A DNA stretch of 63,594 nucleotides, counting the filler, from Salisapilia sapeloensis CBS 127946 (lineage: Eukaryota > Protista > Oomycota), in NCBI GenBank assembly GCA_023334545.1. It is 4 parts of 4 records of this genome, joined end to end, with 100 filler letters (N's around TTAATTAATTAA, not from the genome) between each part and the next. Parts side by side here need not be neighbours in the genome. Positions count along the whole stretch, not along the records: positions 1 to 29,768 come from JAADVB010000226.1; 3 more parts are not named here. The stretch is one strand, 5' to 3'. The position numbers were made by a program, and so were the translations under genes. Numbering within the stretch: position 1 is the first letter of the stretch; each line of letters opens with the position of its first letter. Below, piece by piece: positions 22,301 to 29,868 of this stretch. The notes under the pieces were generated by a model. It had not been told where the DNA came from. It worked only from the letters and a program-made list of their open reading frames with translations, and ran no database searches.

Positions 22301-22955
22301 AATGTCCGCTTCACCATCCATGCAGTTGGAAAATGAGTCGTTTACAGTAGAATGGGATATTCCAGTCAATCGATTTGGACCGCTAGCTTCCAAGGAAGCA
22401 CTAGAACAGACACTAGTCATTCAACCGAATGGGCAAGTTGGTCGAGAGACAAGTGCTACTCCGCGTTTAAATTACAAGATTCGATTCGATCCACTGCGGC
22501 CATATCGAGGATCGATATACCTTATTATTCGCAAAAGAAGCGGAGGTTTCTGGCGATTTGAGGTTCAGCTAGATGTAAGCGACCCGCCTGTAGATGATTA
22601 CATTACGATCGAATCAAGCTTAAACCAGACATCGAGTATTTCGTTCCAACTGCGCAACCAATTCCGACAGCCAGCACCGTTTTTCGCTGAATTCTCAGCC
22701 GGGTCATCAAGTGCCTTCACCGTGTTTCCAGCAGAAGGAGAGTTACCACCTTATGGAAGTGTAGAAGGTCAAAACTTTGTCATATCATTTACCCCGACAG
22801 CTTACGGGAAGATGCAGTCTGGCCAACTCCTAATAACAACGGACGAGATGCTTTGGAATTTCATTGTAAAAGGAGGCTATCCGGAGATGACGTCGAACGG
22901 AAACAAGGCGCCTACTTCAGCTTTAACGTCAACTTCATCTAAATCAAGGAACTAG
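13359..22955 (+). CDS. CFAP47: Cilia- and flagella-associated protein 47 (Hydin-like ASH/Ig repeats plus CH domain)
   Basis: Uninterrupted 3198-aa ORF with many ASH-type repeats (xxDFGxV...LxNxS/G) and a central CH-like region (DIRNDLQDARFLFYLLAAHIP; GREMLLLLLHL..VLPQFVP). The C-terminus (SSAFTVFPAEGELPP..FTPTAYGK) fits CFAP47. Confidence 0.83.
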   Translation: MERLQVAPTEIEFGSVETDVNYVAVFHVRNNSTKLIRYRVEPPSKASRFKVLLNNRDIAVEVNATIKLPPGITTTYQITFEHERERPEPLLDSVHDLLLIKEENQSPIEVPLFARRACPDIDIEPSRCDVGLVVMMQRSAAFVKLRNAGSRTGKFMIDMIAGDSTSEGNGQVGNTLTVNPEEVVLAPDERVSIKVDVLGQVLGSFRRLLRVRVVESQTSHNSKDAETGWSDLCKSEKFVDVRGKVVSHTMELLATNSKQALESIYFGSLFAGEKRTIHAVLRNNGPQPLSFDASISFSSSGTKQVDEDRATYERRKELQISPAHGKIEPFAEVPVSFSFSPKAVEWEEWKKRQWEHQKENDTLDELPPSLLQAFMSIQCTVSHVQNLTLEVSGKRYLPKITLSPDSCIDFGDVASHDRADMLVQIKNLSGLPVRFVLRKIAHFSCKPASGRLDVLQSQSLVISFTPTQLGTFSNVLNLVVNQTVLSIPISVKGRATIVGEVDSHKPLVGGVQALPEDFTPAYKFIQPEDAKKTRGALSKRFNRIPFYEKAALTSEAVVNEFEVEAAETGHLTYSVKELAKKSEHREKYRSFLEDRKRERDAKAQEKKERRIRSKLGITRSINAAMQEAMSNNDDELAVQKAMEGSDLGIARQSGLEPKELTLPRELKTKMEPLWLHESAFGLTTKVYFDENKFVKKKFKAQPTTQAERSDCEMQLEFEQLERVLSGPSTIHFGKISVNSIARKSLTVHNKLPSYILVALHLSVEDQLEEIAVATSLKSQVIPPRSSAGFDIGFRSTHEQVFQKQLTYSINGAHLRRVTAVAEVAPITVQLSTNELEFAFNVLDTNPTMSMALTVTNPSDSCATFMWKNITNVAASIDDKQSVTSSTTSLTRNKNTAAPKPAPGKPVYQVLPASGELAPGASMKLQVEFTPPPCASTTPYNGSKINRGDSAAMMYLVSDFEMQVEGGRPVQLSCKSQLSDAKVDVKEKKLDFGNVPVGIATSKKLCISNSSRQGTRSTYYVTLEPNTQATSLGFTLSKAVGSVSAQDTSEIYLELTPKKPFTLDETALYLQVQFRGGKSVKVPLHAVALVPDVCITPTEQIDFGRVVIGTSISRVLSLENSSPTVATLALDLRKSLSDEFAVSMPPHLLEDLEDASSVFIPLEDKTAKEGSSDSVSASTKWQICIPPNVKVSLQLTFTPTTATSHFNPLPLQFTGSQSVQWSRPPAIARQVSAEAVDPILLFSCANINFHRCVVTQEGIRKVPYTKQLVLTNNSDRTLQWEIELAKLKALQGTGHVIFHMAPTSGELAKGEEVFIRTSFLPMEEMEYLVEGIPLLVEGQSYIDLSLCGEGIHPHLSFSVSKVELPPVPLGIPSQAVFILQSIGYDHLDVTYRLPMDLSKAPVTLHFPKGKILSMAHPALPVEVRLLSKTSVAFNARIEFFDSDGNCFPLPLSGSTENCLLSNYSFLQSTSLHQDDADACKRDHLSSKFCFLTHPSGEYPIYLVSEKQWDKENGKQVKINTKGLEHRQSAKSQTLKPQPMNGFIDVDCSDMLEDVSSNTASALPLSPVRKKMTMETPTFSQQEIVLLIKYLNANFVTSQITKFPHDFAENHGKPLYEMLSMVCPKKPPMGAKMSKQAKNVKVPVTTAPQSKKDVQNKVIAQYASLLKFLKPYGAMLHDIMPGHLLPQDLYVRACEDPAATPGLLSSPALLAMRYEVRRQVLEKEWLDISTSAWMKVIYQVIKCFVLSRITADSYTSQLQEKILSNKQHRHFDGSNIYSEGEMVLIQWICDHVRDKAATLESIMTVPSDSLKPEVQLLDIRNDLQDARFLFYLLAAHIPTIRMESREFQSLQFDVADLKNVKDRFQKSKLSQSQLQQNAQVLLRAFQSTGVDFGLDPSTFLATMNGREMLLLLLHLKQVLPQFVPRATISFQGLLGTAIKKKIELTNPSHRTLVYQASLDQTGGSTSGGSLSGGLSVSDIFQIETTHIVLEPQKAKAFVVTCHPRFSRKMCARLVFQAVPDGSDSTAASGSTMVFLLETDVSARKPVRTIQVDAKLYERKVEELVIENQFASQGNFRLSMTQVQTQQASSPFDAARSTLESSRGSVVANSKPASRGSSRRGKRGTIARGSMIDVNVPLSNLSTKKESAGTDTNWCISAYLPFFLPDYRDAGSNASNATSSSAIAMSGRGSGKIKLEFLPLILGQYKCQLLFLDEQVGEFMYEIHGVGHLPLPLERLEFQCELPDKGQSSASALSRGQFLREVFVPTKNAPLSKVLPSVVDRFDGLVKSKWKAGLKSCEDEHHTNFKIEFNSPFFTPVYQEVVMSSAPPSKTHPSRPNVNTIGLTESDSARLESGSEYGGCKTVTGKANHALVRTPNSSSTLTVSTPNTALLRFEPKAAGVYTCKLALKSQHTCCGSVDYRVYDVVATVKEPNVKTHLEFVSPARQSILQDIPLSNPSDTTWTLKATFKTESSENTQDGTDKPGANDTKSMFSGPSSLLVPPRKTVSYPLSFTPRWISNQVTTFVLQDPATQQQFEFELNGIGDAPLALDHVSLSCQARTSIVHEFIVTSFADDPPGSQTYEVDSDLRDIIGNSTVKVPNAGKSVKYPLTFTPRVSGIYSGSITFTNTRTKEYMWYTIEALVSAPDPERTLEMKTAVREMISVEIRLVNPLETAVEFTIDLQGDGLLGLETFSMTAKGEGIYELMYSPLHTTDPDKPKEGAIQFSNHEIGQFWYRLLLSADMAEPQATEDMCCAVGDVCTQPIILQNPSDQEIHLSYRISNTRNFSIKGSSSGSNSSSQQPRIPIAPFGETTVLVEYTPSSLSEFETSSIVFDEPGVVSDWEYLVRGKGKAPSVMKPINMSTKVHEVATIMFPFKNPFASIIKVDVTLTIDHAEDKERPIFDVLLKKKENVHLNSFTSLQVPIVFTPEVVCEAHGMIYIRGREEYCELEWKYPVYGVAEAPLHPRAFVLACPARESIEKDISCELMSASPSMQLENESFTVEWDIPVNRFGPLASKEALEQTLVIQPNGQVGRETSATPRLNYKIRFDPLRPYRGSIYLIIRKRSGGFWRFEVQLDVSDPPVDDYITIESSLNQTSSISFQLRNQFRQPAPFFAEFSAGSSSAFTVFPAEGELPPYGSVEGQNFVISFTPTAYGKMQSGQLLITTDEMLWNFIVKGGYPEMTSNGNKAPTSALTSTSSKSRN

Positions 22956-23339
22956 CTGCTAGTTTCTAAATTTACTAGCCGCACGAAAGGATAAACATAA
23001 TCAATGATGGTTTCGATTAAATTGTGTTCAGCTCTTTAATGTACAACCTACTACAGCTATATAGTTCTGCCAGCGTTAGGAGATATTTCAGACATGTATG
23101 ATTATCAATTAGCTAGGGCTTAATCGAGGGGAAATAAGGGTGTTTTTGAATGCAATTTGATATAAATGCAATGAAGCATCACTAGCACGATGCAGTACTA
23201 GTGTTAGGTCGGATTGATCATATACTTGTAAAGGTCGAGCAAAAGCAGTCACTTGACGTAGATCAAATTTAGTCATTATCTATTAATATTAAAAAAGAAC
23301 CATTATTAATTATATCCGTCTTTACGAAACAAGGCTAAT

Positions 23340-26126
23340 TTAGTACTCACGACTTTCTGTTGCTTGGACAAATATTTTTCCCGTATTTTTGGAGCCTGTG
23401 TTACGCCTTCCTTCGCTTTCATTGTGAGTACTGTCGTTAAACTTCGACGATGTTGTTGGGTTTCTGACATTGGATGTAGATGCTGTAAGTGAAGATGCAG
23501 ATCCCCTCGATTCACTCACCAATCCAGTATGCTTCATAAATTTGGGCACTAGCATTAGCGCCATGACAATTCCTGTACACAGCAATATTGATGCAGAAAA
23601 AAAGATGAAGAAAGTCGTCGCTGGTAATTGCACCAAGTATGCCAACGGCAAAAGGACTAAGCATCCTAGCAGTACAACGACGCTTGATGCAAAGATCCAA
23701 ATTGCTTCTTGGAAATCTGCAGATACATTTCGAATTAAGAAAGACGAATACAATCCCAAGAAGAGCATCACAGCTTTCCAGAACAGGAGCAAGATGCTGA
23801 ATATGCCATTCTTTGAGCTGCATTCTAGCACATCAGCGTACCCAGAGAACTCCGTTGATTTTACCTCATAGATCATTGGAACAGGCGGGTCAACACCATA
23901 CCACACGGACATGATCATAGCATCAATGGATAAGAAGCCAAAGAGCTTCATAAATGCATTCCATGCCGATACAGTTTGCTTCTTTAGCGAGCTCTTCATA
24001 AACACTCGATGAACGCGCAGTGATTTCACAATCAATGCACCGAATACAGTCGTAAATCCAAAGCATAATAGTGTTGGCCGCATAAGGCAAATCGCATTGG
24101 TTGGCTTTCCAGCATACTGCATAGTACCTGAGATCATCATGATACCACCGAAAATCATCGTCATTAAAAGTTGGTATTGCGACCTTTTGATAATTGGTGA
24201 GTTGCGATGGATGAATACGGCAATTAACAAGCCGACAAGAATAATGTCGGCGACTATGCACACGACTAGGACTCCAGTAAATGCCGAAGAAGAGGAAGGG
24301 ACGTATTCACATCGAATCACCACGCTTTCCGGTAGTGTAATATCTTTGATTTCACAATCGATTGGCTTTGCTGCATCACTTTCGTTTGGAAGAAGCCATT
24401 GATACTCAACGCGACGGTCCGCCTCTTCGTCACAATCGGAGACTGTGTACGTGTAGTATGTGTGATCACAGTAATCCAGCTGCTCAATCCATCCTTTCCA
24501 AACATTATACCGTGGTTCAAGCCATTCACACGAATGACTTGTGCGAATTGGATCAGGTAAACTTCCCAATCCTCCGTTACAATCGAAAGGCCGAGAGGGG
24601 TCAGCAAGATAAGGGTTCTTCCATTCAAATGTAATGATCCTTTCATTTGATGAGTTTCCACATCCCGTCATCGTGTACTTCACATGCTCATCTAAAGTAC
24701 AAACGACTGGGCGATCGAGCCAAGAATCCCACGTTTTATAGTTGTCTTTGATCCAGCCGCAAGCAGCTTCAAAGGTCGGATCGGAGTTGTTTCCATCAGT
24801 TGTCGCATAAAAGTACCGCTGTAGTATGTCGTTGACATGCAATTCAGAAATGGAAATGGCTTGTGCGAGAGCGCCTGCTTTGGTATCACGAATGACTCTA
24901 CTCATGTATTTGCTCAGAACCATCGATGGGAAGTCAACATCAACCTTGCTATTCGTTCGCTGCCCATAACCATTCTCGCCAAAAGTATTTGTATGTAGAG
25001 CCACTCTCTCCGGTTTCGCACGAGGCAAAAAAATTCGCTCAAATTCTCCCCTGTGCTCCGCATGGAACGTGTCCGGTTCATAGTGGTAGAAAAGGATAGG
25101 TTGTTTGTTCCTTTTAGCATGATCAGCGTACGAAATTACGCCGCCATAGCCGATGAAGCATATGTAGGTTGGGACATCCAGGTTATCAAGTACTGCCTGA
25201 TAGTACCCTGGGTCATATGAACTGATCATGAGCTGCACGACCATGCATTCATCACCTCCATCTTCTCGAAGGGTGCATGCGTACGTCTTTGCACAATTAT
25301 CTAAGCACCCCATGACACCGTCCTTACAGTATACTCCGCTGGTTGGATAAAATGCGGTATTGTTAAACTTGTTCATTGAGAGAGCATTAATCACTGCATC
25401 CTCCACCTTGTAATCACGCCAAAAGTCGACCGAGTAAGGCCCAGAGCCAAAAGCATCTTTATCTTGTGCAAGTTCCACAAAGGCAGTAGTGGTATAAAGA
25501 CCCGTGCGACCGTCGTAGCCGACACTACCTAGTCGAGCAACTTCATCTTCGTGGATGGCGTACAAACTGCGTCGGCTAAAGTCCCATGATTCTAAATTTA
25601 CATGCGTCGGTACGCATGTTCCTGTTTTCTTGGATGACATTCGTTCCGCCATTTCAAGTGTGGTGCTTGTCGTTAAGATCGATACTTTGTACCCCAGAAC
25701 TTCTTGCGCTATTATCGAATAGATTATAGAGGTGAGAGCGTGCGAAGCCCATGCTTGAATCTCAACTACAACTGTGCCTCGAAAATCTTCTTGACTGAGC
25801 GCGTTGTTGCCGCTATCTACTTCAGTCTTGGGACCATAAAACGTGGAGCTGTCATCCAGACACTCAGGAGAATACACACCCTCCACAGCCTGACGGCCAT
25901 CTTCAATGAAGCGGTTTTGCTCAGTTAGAGCAGGGCGAAGGAATGGATGCTCAAATCTGCCATAGCTGTCTTGTGCCTGGGAATCAATTTCAAGATTCTT
26001 TTCCGTTTCCGCGACCCATTCTGGTGTAAGACAAGTTCCTATAAAGTGGTTTGGAGCATATCCGCGTATCATACAGGGCAGACACCCGAGTAACAAGATG
26101 AATATAGAGCACTTCTTTGCATTCAT
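23340..26126 (-). CDS. Class C-like GPCR: signal peptide, periplasmic-binding-protein-like ectodomain, two Cys-rich repeats, 7tm_3
   Basis: Signal MNAKKCSIFILLLGCLPCMIRG. Ectodomain has WASHALTS..IIAQEVLGYKV, NLESW, GYDGRTGLY, FYHYEPD. 7TM has HRNSPIIKRSQ, C..RP..LCFGF..FGAL..KSLRV..VF and F..SFLIRNV..DFQEA. Confidence 0.85.
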   Translation of the reverse strand: MNAKKCSIFILLLGCLPCMIRGYAPNHFIGTCLTPEWVAETEKNLEIDSQAQDSYGRFEHPFLRPALTEQNRFIEDGRQAVEGVYSPECLDDSSTFYGPKTEVDSGNNALSQEDFRGTVVVEIQAWASHALTSIIYSIIAQEVLGYKVSILTTSTTLEMAERMSSKKTGTCVPTHVNLESWDFSRRSLYAIHEDEVARLGSVGYDGRTGLYTTTAFVELAQDKDAFGSGPYSVDFWRDYKVEDAVINALSMNKFNNTAFYPTSGVYCKDGVMGCLDNCAKTYACTLREDGGDECMVVQLMISSYDPGYYQAVLDNLDVPTYICFIGYGGVISYADHAKRNKQPILFYHYEPDTFHAEHRGEFERIFLPRAKPERVALHTNTFGENGYGQRTNSKVDVDFPSMVLSKYMSRVIRDTKAGALAQAISISELHVNDILQRYFYATTDGNNSDPTFEAACGWIKDNYKTWDSWLDRPVVCTLDEHVKYTMTGCGNSSNERIITFEWKNPYLADPSRPFDCNGGLGSLPDPIRTSHSCEWLEPRYNVWKGWIEQLDYCDHTYYTYTVSDCDEEADRRVEYQWLLPNESDAAKPIDCEIKDITLPESVVIRCEYVPSSSSAFTGVLVVCIVADIILVGLLIAVFIHRNSPIIKRSQYQLLMTMIFGGIMMISGTMQYAGKPTNAICLMRPTLLCFGFTTVFGALIVKSLRVHRVFMKSSLKKQTVSAWNAFMKLFGFLSIDAMIMSVWYGVDPPVPMIYEVKSTEFSGYADVLECSSKNGIFSILLLFWKAVMLFLGLYSSFLIRNVSADFQEAIWIFASSVVVLLGCLVLLPLAYLVQLPATTFFIFFSASILLCTGIVMALMLVPKFMKHTGLVSESRGSASSLTASTSNVRNPTTSSKFNDSTHNESEGRRNTGSKNTGKIFVQATESREY

Positions 26127-27849
26127 ATGCTTGATGGATGATAGACCAAGTTGCTTTCACACAGGGGGAAACTTTTAAATGAATATGGGAGATATAAAAG
26201 CTTTTAAATGTATTTATAGATCATTCAAGTTTATTAGATCAATGCACAAACTCTAAATTTGGAAACACTGATCATCTCTTGAAACGGTCAGGCTCAGTGC
26301 AGTGGGTCTCAATGGTAGTTGTTGATGGCGAGTGTCCTCATCTACGCACATTGTAAGGCTAGTTCATATCTGAACAGATCTAAATCTCACTCAGCTACAG
26401 CTTTTTCATATAATGGGCACATTCGAGACTAATATGTTCGTGACTGCTGCCGTCAGTGGTGGGCTCGTAAGCAGAACGAAAACCTACAAATGAGTACTAT
26501 GTTCACCTGCTATATAGCTATTAACATTACATGTACAGATGAGTGAGGAGAGGCTAAATTAGACAACGAAGTGTATTCAACCTATTAATTTTCCCATGAA
26601 GAAAGGATTGAAAACGCTTGTGCTCAGGTTCAGAGTTAGCCAAATCCGATTGTCTCTGTTCAGTGAATGATATGAATTAGGACAGTTTTCATGATCTAAT
26701 TTACCAATGGCCCCTCAGATAAAAAAGACAACGGACAATGAAAACACCGAGGCTTCTATGCGTATAGGAGGTATAGCAAACTTGGTTGTGCTCATGCAAA
26801 AACTTGCCGTGGACCTAGCAAATAACTTAAGCATCCAAACAGTTACAAGTCGTAGCGCATGATCTTTAGAAAGATAGTCTAGTCCTCATAATAACAACCA
26901 TCTCTCTGCTAGTTCTCAAATCTGACTGGGAAACTTCCAATGAAACGACTTGTATCATTATAAATAGTCTTCATGCTCAGACACTACTTACATGGGACTA
27001 CTCGTCGTCAGTATCTGATGGAGAAGCACAATATGCTTGAAGGTATGTGCTAGAAGCCTTGCTTTTCTTATTTAATGCGTAGATATCCATAGCAAGCATT
27101 TTTGCTTTAAAAATCTGGACAAACGGTTTAAGAATAAGTAGTTTTGCCAGTATGAATGCAGACTTGGAAGCTATTTTATACAACAAGTCGTGTTAGGATG
27201 TAACGATAGCACCTCCTCGAACTTTTCTACTCCTTTCATCGTAATGAAAGTGACAGCCGACCACAGTGCTGCCATATGTGGGATTTGGCGATTGGATTGC
27301 GACCGATAACAATGGTCACTTTGAGAAGACTCGACCAGGTCCTGTGAAGCAGTTTCAACGAAAGCTTCACAAGTATTGTACTGTGGTTTAAAACGCTGAG
27401 TATTTGGCAAGTCACAAGCATAACGCGTGCCATGGACAGCTCAAGAAGTAAGTATCTTACCGACTTTGTCGCGATGGCGTAATTCGGAAGTGCAAGGTAC
27501 ATCGAGTTCTACATTGTAATTGGACTCTCTATCGTAATGCTACGGTCGATCGAGATGATAATGCAAGTCGAAACATTCTCTAAATCTTGCTGCATCAGCT
27601 CCAAGGCCAGGATCGCCCAGCAGCATTTTAACGACCGCAAATGAATAATGTACAAGACCGAGATTAAGGTCAAGGAAAATGTATAATATTATGCAGTGCC
27701 TCACTTCAGCGTTAAGGCTGTACTGTAGCTTTTTGTCGTAGATGTAATCCTAGGATTACATCTAGAATTCATAGCATGAAGCCATTTGACCCCGTGATTT
27801 TCAAATTACAATTTAATATTGCGAGGATCCAAACAGGCCCCAAATCACT

Positions 27850-29430
27850 TCTATTTACATCTATAGCAAGTTCGACTTTCGTTCATTCGATAGTCCCTTG
27901 ACTACTTCTAGACAACGTCCATTATTCGATCACATCTCTCGCCGACACTCTCGACATTCGGCAAAGACCGGCGAATGATTGTTGAACCATCGAGTTACTT
28001 CAGCTTGGTTCCGCCTTTCACGCGTGTGCTTCGTCCGCACCGAAGATCCGTTCGGTCGGCTGCGATGAAGATAGATGAACGTATTCAAACGTTCATTAGA
28101 AGCTGTGCGCTGAATTGCATACTCTGAACATCTTTTCGTCCGATTTCCATTCAGGAACTTGACAACATCAATATGACCGCTTTTTAGCGTCAGATAGTGC
28201 TATTTGATCGCATCTCTCGAATCGATTGGCATGCAACCACTGGACGACATCCAGATACCCTTTTGCACTCGCTTGATTCATCGCTATTGATTTCGATTCG
28301 CATGCAGCCATTGTACAATATCTAAGTGTCCAGGAGCTGCTGCGATACCCAGAAGATAAACAGTCTCATCGACTTCTCCGGTCTCGAAAAGATATTGCAG
28401 TATCGTCAAATGATCATATATAGCTGCTTGACCAACACTAAAGCAAGTGTCCGTCTGTTGTTTCTCGAAAAGAAAAGCAATCATATCATTATCTACATTT
28501 CGTATCGCTGCAAAGTCCATTTTCGTTAAATCCAGATCTGGATCCAAAGCATACAGATCTTGTATCATTTCCAGTCGATTATACTTCCCTATGTCCTCCT
28601 GTTATACACCAACAAGGTATGCTATGACATGAATTTGGCTATAATTCATTTTATCCAACAGCAAACTTTCCTTCTTTCGCTCGACTACTTTTGGATCATG
28701 CTTATCAATCACACGAATACAGTCGACATCATCGTTTACGCCAAACTCATCAAGTCCGAGTTGAATGAAACTAAGCTGAGAACTAGTCTTGGACAATAGC
28801 AGACGCAGGACATTCATACCCGTCCTGCATTGTCTTCTACGGAACAGCTTCTTCATTATTTTCCTTCTGCTTGGATACTGGAATTTGTTCAAATAGGAAT
28901 TGTACGGTTTACAACTGATCTTTCGAAGCTACTGCCTCAATCGCATATGAATCTACAAGCGTTCCCTCTCGATGAGCCAATAGCCATTTAATTGTTTCGA
29001 TATGACCGTTAGGAGCTGCTTCGTTCGTTTTTCCGAGTGTAAATCCTTTGCTTTGATATTGTTCTAGCCACTCCAACACATGTAAATAACCATTCGTTGC
29101 AGCGCAATTCAGTACAGACGTCGTGCATCCTCCCTCCCAATACTGATGAAGCCATTGGACGACCTCTAGATGACCTCCAGCACAAGCATTATCCATCGCA
29201 TGGTGTGTGGCACCTCCGTCATCGTCACCTCAGAGTGAATGGGGCCACCAGATTGTTTGCAGATGTCCTCCTCTAGCTGCGTTATCCATGGATCGGTAGT
29301 TAAAAGACGCATACGGGCGATTGACATACATTTACTGATCTAAAGCCAAATGGCTGTGGATGGCAATGGCTTTCAGTGCTTCCAATGGGAGGTGCCAGTC
29401 TGGACGGAAGGAATGGAGGCTAATGACATT
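27850..29430 (-). pseudogene. Decayed oomycete-type ankyrin-repeat gene
   Basis: Successive fragments in different frames separated by stops and frameshifts: MDNAARGGHLQ, MDNACAGGHLEVVQWLH..GGCTT, NCAATNGYLHVLEWL, AAPNGHIETIKWLL, AAAPGHLDIVQWLHANR, NQASAKGYLDVVQWLHANR, SGHIDVVKFLNGNR. Boundaries are approximate. Confidence 0.8.
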
Positions 29431-29445
29431 GTTTAAACGACCACT

Positions 29446-29691
29446 TTGAGCAACATTGGTGACTGCATCATTCTACTCTTTACGAGGGACAGAGCACTCG
29501 ACGAGGACACACCATCGCTCGAGAACATGGATCGAGCCATATCTACTCGCTTTCAAAATGCGTATACTAAGAGATGGTCCAGGGAAGGCAGTGATACATT
29601 CAGCTACGTCATCGACAAGAGGAGGGAATTGGAGATGTTTGCTCTGAATTACCACGGAGGCGGAAGTGAAGGGAGGAGGGATCATCATTAG
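29446..29691 (+). pseudogene. Possible second ankyrin-family remnant on the opposite strand
   Basis: MDRAIS..WSREG..ELEMF...HGGG weakly resembles the same repeat type; short and next to a gap. Confidence 0.25.
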
Positions 29692-29768
29692 GATTGCAAA
29701 TGTGCTTCTCAGATGGGAGTAGTAGCTACAAATTAGATGGAAAACTATACGCTATTCTTGAAATAAAG

Positions 29769-29868
29769 NNNNNNNNNNNNNNNNNNNNNNNNNNNNNNNN
29801 NNNNNNNNNNNNTTAATTAATTAANNNNNNNNNNNNNNNNNNNNNNNNNNNNNNNNNNNNNNNNNNNN
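29769..29868. other. Assembly gap: 100-nt N block with a TTAATTAATTAA six-frame-stop linker (29813-29824)
   Basis: Directly visible; the same structure occurs at 51892 and 60716. Confidence 0.98.

Noticed and set aside
26998-27520. Overlapping short minus-strand ORFs that might be another pseudogene
   Set aside because: They look vaguely coding, but I could not assign a family or show ankyrin repeats.
29813-29824. TTAATTAATTAA flanked by Ns (also 51936-51947 and 60760-60771) as a biological repeat or PiggyBac TTAA site
   Set aside because: The identical 44N-12-44N structure occurs three times and puts stops in all six frames, so it is a scaffolding linker.
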